Shown in pieces: positions 56,040 to 64,000 of a DNA stretch of 64,000 nt. This DNA is from Octopus vulgaris (lineage: Eukaryota), in contig OX597816.1 in the NCBI GenBank assembly GCA_951406725.2, forward strand, positions 65,286,001-65,350,000, written 5' to 3'. Each line of letters opens with the position of its first letter. Position 1 is the stretch's first letter. A program made the translations under genes and the position numbers. The notes beneath the pieces were generated by a model. That model saw only the letters and a program-made list of their open reading frames with translations. It did not search any database and was not told the origin of the DNA.

Positions 56040-57087
56040 TTTTAACATCTCCCAGGCCGAACTCTCATAAAACCGGTTGACAAGGGTAGAGCTATTGTGG
56101 TGTAGCCCGCAGATCTCTACAAGGCTGGAGCTCTCCGCCAACTTCAAAACACCTCCTATTGGCCTCTGCCCTTCAACCCCACATCTAACTACCAACAGAC
56201 CGTGTCCTCCACTATCTATGACCTCATCTCCTCCTACTGTCTCCCTTCCACCGCCTCCAACCTCATTGTCCGCACTCCATGCACCCCCACCATTTACTTC
56301 CTTCCCAAAATCCACAAGCCCAGCAACACTGGTCACCCCATCGTCTCCGCTTGTAACTGCCTCACGGAACTCATCTCAAAATACCTCGTCCGTTTCCTTG
56401 CCCCCCCCACCCCGGGTGGCTTCCATCCCCTCCCACATCCACGACGCTAACCATGCTCTCCGTCTCTTCAACTCTTTCTCTTTCCCTCCTGGACTCCCTA
56501 AACTTCTTTTCACTCTGGATATCAAGGGTCTATATACGGTGATCCCACACAGCGAAAGACTTCATGCATTCAAACATTTCTTAGACCTTCGACCCAACCG
56601 CCAACCTGACATATACACATTTCTTCCTCTGGCCGAACTTGTTCTCTCCCTCAACTGCTTTTTATTCGCGGGCAGTTTTTACCAATAGATTTTGAGAGTG
56701 GCCATGGGAACGAGAATGGCCCACAACTATGCGAATCTGTTCGTTGGCTACGTTGAGGCCCAAATATTCTCACGATCCACTAGTCCAGCTCCCGAAATAT
56801 ACCGTCGTTATATTGATGACTGTATCGGTGCGACCTCACTCTCCCGTGAACAACTAGACTCCTTCCACTCTTCTGCCCAATCCTTCCATCCTGCCCTCGA
56901 ATTCTCCTGCACTATTTCCAGCACCTCCGTTGCACTTCTTAACATTTCGGTCAACATACACAACTCCGCTCGCACTACTTCCATCTACTACTAAGACACC
57001 GACTCACACTAATACGTTAACTTCTCCTCCTCCCACCATACCCACACCAAGCTCTCCATCCTCTACTCCCAATTCCTCTGTCTGCGT
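56040..57087 (+). pseudogene. Penelope-like element (Neptune-like) reverse transcriptase remnant
   Basis: KPVDKGRAIVV, YFLPKIHKP..GHPIVS, LFTLDIKGLYTVIPH, VAMGTRMAHNYANLFVG, RRYIDD, FHPALEF, YSQFL; stops and frameshifts. Confidence 0.9.
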
Positions 57088-57095
57088 ACATATGC

Positions 57096-57175
<80 letters not shown>

Positions 57176-57533
57176 AGTATGTGTGTGCGTGCACGTGCAT
57201 GTACATACTGAGAGTTTATCGCTTCAAGTAGCAAATCGTTCGTAACTTTAAATAAATTTTGTAACTCTGCAGGATTCAGCATCGAAAATTACATCAAAAT
57301 GATAGATTAAAAAGTTGTTTTTTAAAATGTCGACATGCAGTAACGGTAACCACAAAGATCTGTTCTGCATTTTTGAGCTATATTGAGTACTTAATCGGAA
57401 GTGGTCTTCTATATTCTTTAACACACAGTAATTTTGATATATGTGTATAAGTGAGTATGCAATTATGTACGTATTTAGGGTGCGTGTCCGTGTATATTCG
57501 GCTACATACGTGTGCCTTTTATCTTCTTTTCTG

Positions 57534-57928
57534 TGGAGGCGCAATGGCCCAGTGGTTAGGGCAGCGGACTCGCGGTCGTAGGATTGCGGTTTCGATTCCC
57601 AGACCGGGCGTTGTGAGTGTTTATTGAGCAAAAACACCTAAAGCTCCATGAGGCTCCGGCAGGGGATGGTGGTGATCCCTGCTGTACTCTTTCACCACAA
57701 CTTTCTCTCACTCTCACTCTTACTTCCTGTTTCTGTTGTACCTGTATTTCGAAGGGCCGGCCTTGTCACTCTCTGTGTCACGCTGAATATCCCCAAGAAC
57801 TACGTTAAGGGTACACGTGTCTGTGGAGTGCTCAGCCACTTACACGTTAATTTCACGAGCAGGCTGTTCCGTTGATCGGATCAACCGGAACCATCGTCGT
57901 CGTAACCGACGGAGTGCTTCCATTCCAT
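57534..57928 (+). mobile_element. tRNA(Arg)-like-headed SINE, third tail type
   Basis: Same head as 2617; body/tail gtcactctctgtgtcacgctgaat..gtaaccgacggagtgcttccattccat. Confidence 0.85.
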
Positions 57929-58585
57929 CTTCTTTTCCAACACACAAGTGGATGTAGTATATAGTGTAAACATGTTTTTTAGACATGCAAACATCAACAC
58001 TCTTTCATAACCCTGCTGCAGTTCATACGGAATTTTTGGTCTACCAAATTCGTCGACCTATTTTCGGCTGTAAGTTTTGATCTCAAAGATTCGACTTGTA
58101 TGCCGGAAAACGCGGTATGTTAAATAAAATTTGGCTACTATCTCTATCAGCTCATATGACCACGTGTGTGCGTGTATGCTCCCATTTGGCTCGCTGCCAA
58201 CGTTGTCGTAGTCAACGGCGTCATAGCCTGATGTGTCTTTGCCATCGTCGTTCATTACTACCATCATAATCATATGATTCATTGATCTCATACGCATCCA
58301 CTTTCTTCCGTGTTCTCATCTTTATCACTCTAATTATCAACGTAGAGATGACTGCTGATATTACGGTCAAAAATAGTAACGCTCTACGATATGTTTATGT
58401 ATCGTATTATTTGTTATCTCTCCAATATCCGTATTTCAAGCGCCACTTCGTTTACAGTGTGATAATGGCTAGGTTTATTGACCTACTATTCATATCCCAT
58501 GAGGAATAATGTGTGTGTGAGTGTCCATGTATGTATGTATGTATGTATGTATGTATGTATGTATGTATGTATGTATGTATGTATG

Positions 58586-58626
<41 letters not shown>

Positions 58627-58635
58627 TTATTTATT

Positions 58636-58671
<36 letters not shown>

Positions 58672-58693
58672 TAAATACATATATACATATATG

Positions 58694-58733
<40 letters not shown>

Positions 58734-59471
58734 TAAACATAATTACACGCATGAGTTGATATATATGTGCGTGTATATACATATATACATACATGTGTGT
58801 GTGTATTGGATGCATGCATGCATGTATACATAAATATATCACGTGTTATCTGAATATGCTTTCGTTTTTTTGTTTGTTTTTTTCATATAGTTTCATTTCT
58901 GCAACTTCACGTTCAATAGATAACATTGTAGGTTGATGTGTTGGTCTTTAATGTCGTTTTACATCAATAGAAAAGTGCCTCTAGCGTCTCATTAAATCCC
59001 CGAACGAATCACGAACAGAAAAAACAAAACTAGAACGTCGTATGAGTATACACATATGTAAATGTAAATGCATGCGTGTGTATGTACGTGCGCATAAATG
59101 TATACAGGAATGTATATGTGCGCATGTATAGACACACAAATACACACTTTATGTGTGTATATATATTTGTTTTCGTTCGGTTTCCTTGTATGTCTCCACT
59201 GCCCTGTTTTTGTTCCCAACTTTGACCCTCCATAAATCCAAAATTTCATTCTGGAATTTATGAGAGCAACTGTCTTCGAAGACTCCTATTGTCGTTGAAT
59301 GCTCGAAACGAGGGATAGATAGACAGCCGACAACTGATGACGGGTCGTTAGTAACATCCTGATAAATCATTATATATGTTTCTTTATAAAGTAATTTTTG
59401 AACAAATCCCCTTTATACTTAAAAACTGTATGAAATAATTTTCACAAAGACTTTCAAATATGTGTGTATAA

Positions 59472-59920
59472 GCGCAGGCCTGGTTGTGTGGTAAGAAGCT
59501 TGCTTCCCAACCACATGGTTCCGGGTTCAGTCTCACGGCGTGGTACCTTGGCAGGTGTCTTCTGCTATAACCTCGGCCTCGGGCCGACCAAAGCCTTGTA
59601 AGTAGATTTCGTAGACGGAAACTGAAAGAAGCCTGCCATACGTGTGTGTGTGTGTGTGTGTGTGTTTGTGAGTGGGTATGTATGTATATGTGTATGTATA
59701 TGTTTGTGTATCTGTGTTTGTCCCCCCACCATCGCCTGACAACCGATCTTGGTGTGTTTGCGTCCTCGTAACTTAGTGGTTCGGCAAAAAAGAACCGATA
59801 GAATAAGTACTAGGCTTACAAAGAATAGGTCCTGGATTCGGTTTATTCGACTAAAAGCAGCGCTCCAGCATGGCCGCAGTCAAATGACTGAAACAAGTAA
59901 AAGAATAAAAAATAAAAGAA
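59472..59920 (+). mobile_element. Full-length, diverged CORE-like tRNA SINE
   Basis: Head, microsatellite middle and cagcatggccgcagtcaaatgactgaaacaagtaaaag tail. Confidence 0.85.
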
Positions 59921-59949
59921 TATATACATTTATGTGTATATTGGCACTC

Positions 59950-60856
59950 GGCAAGGTTGCATCCAGTCACCAGCAGCCTTCAACATGTACGCTGAAAAGG
60001 CCATGAGGAACGCAGGCCTGGAGGATAGCAGCATTGGAGTGAGGGACTGGAGGAAGAAATATTAATAACCTTCGCTATGCAGATGATACAACCCTGCTGA
60101 CGGAGAGTGGTAAGGATCTGGAGGATCTTGTCCTGCTGGTCAAGAAAGTGAGTGAGAAATTTGGGCTGTACCTCAATGTTAAGAAAACGAAGATCATGTC
60201 AACAGCAGCCACAACAAACATCAGCATCAAGATTGATAATGAAGAGATTGAAGTGGTTGATGATTTCATCTTCCTTGGCTCCAAAATAAATCGAGATGGT
60301 GACTGCACTCCAGAAATAAGACGGCGGATAGTACTAGGCAGAGAGGCAATGGTCAGCATGAGCAGGGCATGGAAGAGTAGAGACATCAGACTCGCTACCA
60401 AATGCAGGTTGGTGAATGCAATTGTTTTCTCAATAGCAACATATGGATGCGAGACCTGGACACTAAAGAAAGCTGACCAGAAGAGAATTAATGCATTCGA
60501 GCTTTGGTGTTGGAGAGGACTTTTGCGGATTCCATGGACAGCGAGGCTCACCAATGGAGAAGTTCTTAAGCAGATAAGGCCGAAAATGTCGCTAGAAGCT
60601 GGGATCACCAAGCGTAGTTTGGCATATTTCGGTCATATTATGCGGAGAGAATCCCTGGAGAAGGACATCATGCTCGGAATGGTCAGTGGCAAGAGGGGAA
60701 GAGGCCGACCAAGAACCCGCTGGCTTGACACCATCAGGAGTGATACCGGAATGGACATGGCCAATCTGAAGGAAGCGGCCCAGGATAGAACTGACTGGAG
60801 GACACTGATCCAGCGAGTGACCGAGAGACGACTTCGACTGAGCGGATAGAGAGAGA
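59950..60856 (+). mobile_element. 5'-truncated RTE-clade (BovB-like) LINE
   Basis: RQGCIQSP..FNMYAE, NNLRYADDTTL, GLYLNVKKTKIM, FIFLGSKI, YGCETWT, AFELWCWR, YFGHIMRR, RGRGRPRTRWLD, AQDRTDWR; stop 60849; one frameshift near 60045. Confidence 0.93.
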
Positions 60857-61006
60857 TATATAATGAGTTGATAACTTCCATACATGTATGTGTGTATCTG
60901 CATGAATAAGTATGCATTTATGTAAGTATATGTAAGTGTGCATATATATATGTATATTAGTAGGTACATTTATATATGTGTGTGATGTGTGCATGTGCTG
61001 TGTCTG

Positions 61007-61077
<71 letters not shown>

Positions 61078-61082
<5 letters not shown>

Positions 61083-61312
61083 TAAAAACGGTAAGGTAAC
61101 AAAAGAAAAAAAGAGACCTCAATATTATGTAAATAGAGGAATTTATCTGTAAATATAATATGTGACAATTATTCGGTAGCCAAGATAAAACTCTGAGTTT
61201 CGGATGCCGAGGTGGAAATCCACACCACCATCTCTTCAATTATCCGGCCGGTGGTGTGGATTTCCACCTCGGCACCGAAACTCAGAGTTTTATCTTGGTT
61301 ACCGAATAATTG

Positions 61313-61318
<6 letters not shown>
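61078..61318 (-). mobile_element. PLE pLTR-derived foldback element in (TA)n with hammerhead motif
   Basis: Arms ~61159-61229 and ~61250-61318; unpaired tail 61078-61158. Confidence 0.75.
61183..61245 (-). ncRNA. Type I hammerhead-like motif
   Basis: Minus: GGATAA-TTGAAGA-GATG..CATC-C-GAAA-CTC A GAG-TT-TTATCT. Confidence 0.6.
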
Positions 61319-61370
<52 letters not shown>

Positions 61371-62630
61371 GCACACACAAATACATAAACACACACATAT
61401 ATATATACATATATACATGTATGTTATTATACATGTGTGTTATTTAACGGTTTAAGACCGCCGTAACTTCCCTTTGAAATTGTGGAGTATTAAAAAATAC
61501 AGTATACTTGCGAAACGTTTAACAACACGCATATATTAAGTCTGTGACAGTGATATTCTATGTTCATGTATGCATATGCAGACAGACAGAGAGATAGGCA
61601 GGCAGGGCAGGCAGGTAGGCATGTAGGCAGGCAGGCAGGCAGGTAGACGGGCATAAGTATATAAAGAAACGCGTGTTATATTTTTACTTTTTAATTTAGT
61701 ATTAATAGAGAAAGATATCTCTATGTTACTTCTCTTTTCAACAGGTGATCTTTCCATATGCAGTAGTTTGAAAGCGCAAGTAAAAATTTACGCAAGTGGT
61801 TAAGGAAACGGTTATGTGGTAAAGAAATTTTGTTCCTTAGCTTTATGGTTTCATGTTCGATTCTACAGCACTGACGAATAATCCCTGCTGCACTAGGTTC
61901 AATGACCTAACTCGTTACAAGCCCCCACGGTCTCATTTGTGGTATCCCATCCAGTATTGGAACCGTTGAAGCCATTTCTGTATTCCCAGCATAACCTCTA
62001 GCAAGTTTCAAGATCCTTGAAATACGTTATGGGCGCTGATCTTCCCCTTCTGATAAATCCATTAAAACCGAATTCAGGTCCATACCACGGTTTCATACAG
62101 ATGTCTGAGGCGATACTTCTCAACGGCAATGAACGTCAAGTATAGCAGTTATCCACTTGGATACCTGAGCAAATAAACATAGACATTTAATCACTTTCAC
62201 CTGCATCTAGATATCACAATCACAGATTCAATACACTTCACCATAATTGTGCCGTGAGCGATTTGATGCTTACGCATGCGTACAAACACATGTTATTTAT
62301 TTACAAGCATGTACATACGTGTGTGTGCCCGTGTGCATGTGTGTGAGAACGTGTATGCTTACACACACTAGGCTGTGTTTTATTTAATTTTATAGCTAAT
62401 TGACCAGTGTCTTTTTATATATATTTTTAGTCACTTGCTTTAGCTTCACTTCCTTTCTTTATCCTCGCTTAGTTTTTCCCGCTCTTTTTCCCTGACTCCA
62501 GTATATTTTACGGGTTTTTTTGACATTGTACGCATTTCTTACATTCATGATTGCCGACGCACGCAGCCAAGTATTCTCGTACTCTGTGTTACAAATGTGG
62601 GTGTGCGTGTGTGCACATGTGTGCATATCT

Positions 62631-62876
62631 GTGAGTGGGTGAGTGGGTGAGTGAGTGAGTGAGTGAATGAGTGAGTGAGTGAGTGAGTGAGTGGGTCAGT
62701 GAGTGAGTGAATGAGTGAGTGAGTGAATGAGTGAGTGAGTGAGTGAGTGAGTGAGTGAGTGAGTGAGTGAATGAAAGAGCGAGTGAGTGAGTGAGTGAGT
62801 GAGTGAGTGAGTGAGTGAGTGAGTGAGAGAGTGAGTGAGTGAGTGAGTGAGTGAGTGAGTGAATGAGTGAGTGAGC
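62631..62876. repeat. (GAGT)n microsatellite
   Basis: Direct reading. Confidence 0.95.
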
Positions 62877-63281
62877 GAAACTGGTGCTTTATTTATCGAC
62901 CCCGAAAGGATGAAAGGCAAAGTCGACCTCGGCGGAATTTGAACTCAGAACGTGCATATTTATATATGTATATGTCTTTGAGCCTGTGTTGGTTCCCCCA
63001 ACACTGCTTGACAACCGGTGTTGGTGTTTTTAAGTCTGTGTAACTTAGCAGTTCAGCAAAAGCGATAAATAGAATAAGTAGTAGGCTTTAAAAAGTAAGT
63101 CCTAAGGTGGATTTCTTCGACTAAAATCCTTCGCGGTGGTGCTGCAGCATGGCCGCAGTCAAATGACTGAAAGAAGATAGAAGATATAAGATTATTCTGT
63201 CCCTGTTTTCACCTTCGAACACTGATTCAGGACGGGACCGGAATCGCTGACATATCTTCGATAAAATGCCAGTATTTATTT

Positions 63282-63700
63282 AGGACGGCGAGCTGGCAGA
63301 AACGTTGGCACGCCGAGCGAAATGTGTAGCCGTATTTCGTCTGCTGCTACGTTCTGAGTTCAAATTCCGCCGAGGTCGACTTTGCCTTTTATCCTTTCGG
63401 GGTCGATAAATTAAGTACCAGTTACGCACTGGGGTCGATATAATCGACTTAATCCGTTTGTCTGTCATTGTTTGTCCTCTGTATTTAGCCGCTTGTGGGT
63501 AGTAAAGAAATAAGTATTTCTTCTGCCGTTACGTCCTGAGTTCAACTTCCGCCGAGGTCGACTTTGCCTTTTATCCTTTCGGGGTCGATAAATTAAGTAC
63601 CAGTTACGCACTGGGGTCGATATAATCGACTTAATCCGTTTGTCTGTCCTTGTTTATCCTCTGTGTTTAGCTCCTTGTGGGTAGTAAAGAAATAAGTATT
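63282..63700 (+). mobile_element. Tandem dimer of Meta-domain-like SINE
   Basis: Full unit 63282-63513, second unit restarts at gtatttc. Confidence 0.9.
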
Positions 63701-63703
63701 TAT

Positions 63704-64000
63704 TTAGGAAATCAGGTGAACAATGACGGCCATCAATGAAGCTATTGTGATGTGTGGCTGTCGATTAGTCTCTTCTTCAACAACTCTACAAAGGCAGTAG
63801 TGCATAAGATTTGGTATCACATGATTGTAAAGATTGTCTGACATCATTTCTTGGGCTATGTGGGCTCTCTTAGAAGGTACTGAGTCTTTTTTGAAACACT
63901 CATGGTCTTCTACTGTGTACTTCATTTATCCAGGCCTTAACAACTGTCACCAACTCTTCAACGTTTTCAGCATCATTAATTCTTCTAAGATCCTGTGGAA
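63704..64000 (-). pseudogene. Degraded Tc1/mariner-superfamily transposase fragment
   Basis: FKKDSVPSKRAHIAQ (FQQDSAP.H.A-like)..VVEEETNRQPHITIASLMAVI; runs off the window. Confidence 0.55.

Noticed and set aside
61880-62170. Possible RTE RT remnant on - strand (NGFIRRGRSA..LCWEY)
   Set aside because: Too degraded to support by eye

Overview
Eukaryotic, AT-rich, repeat-saturated non-coding DNA (intronic or intergenic). The SINE repertoire and microsatellite load point to a coleoid cephalopod, most likely Octopus; this is an inference from repeat families. No intact host protein-coding gene, rRNA, true tRNA or CRISPR array is supported, and almost all listed ORFs are microsatellite read-throughs. 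The real content is mobile DNA: a mariner transposase pseudogene; hAT, Tc1/mariner, Gypsy, CR1, RTE, R4/Dong and Penelope-like (PLE) remnants; two non-autonomous Helitrons; and at least four tRNA-derived SINE families. Highlights: (1) two diverged ORF1-only (HAL1-like, L1/Tx1-type) retroelements stacked in tandem at the same 11-bp site inside the tRNA-derived head of a SINE (17453-21116), suggesting a SINE-targeting, sequence-specific retrotransposon system, with a parallel fixed-site self-nesting pattern in a second SINE family; (2) a set of PLE-derived foldback elements in (TA)n tracts that share a conserved 3' tail and carry variant minimal hammerhead ribozyme motifs; (3) a TSD-bounded ~560-bp non-coding RTE-like element with an HDV-like ribozyme fold at its 5' end; (4) a ~790-bp near-perfect palindrome made of two head-to-head SINEs. 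All family calls are by-eye motif recognition; no database search or folding program was run.
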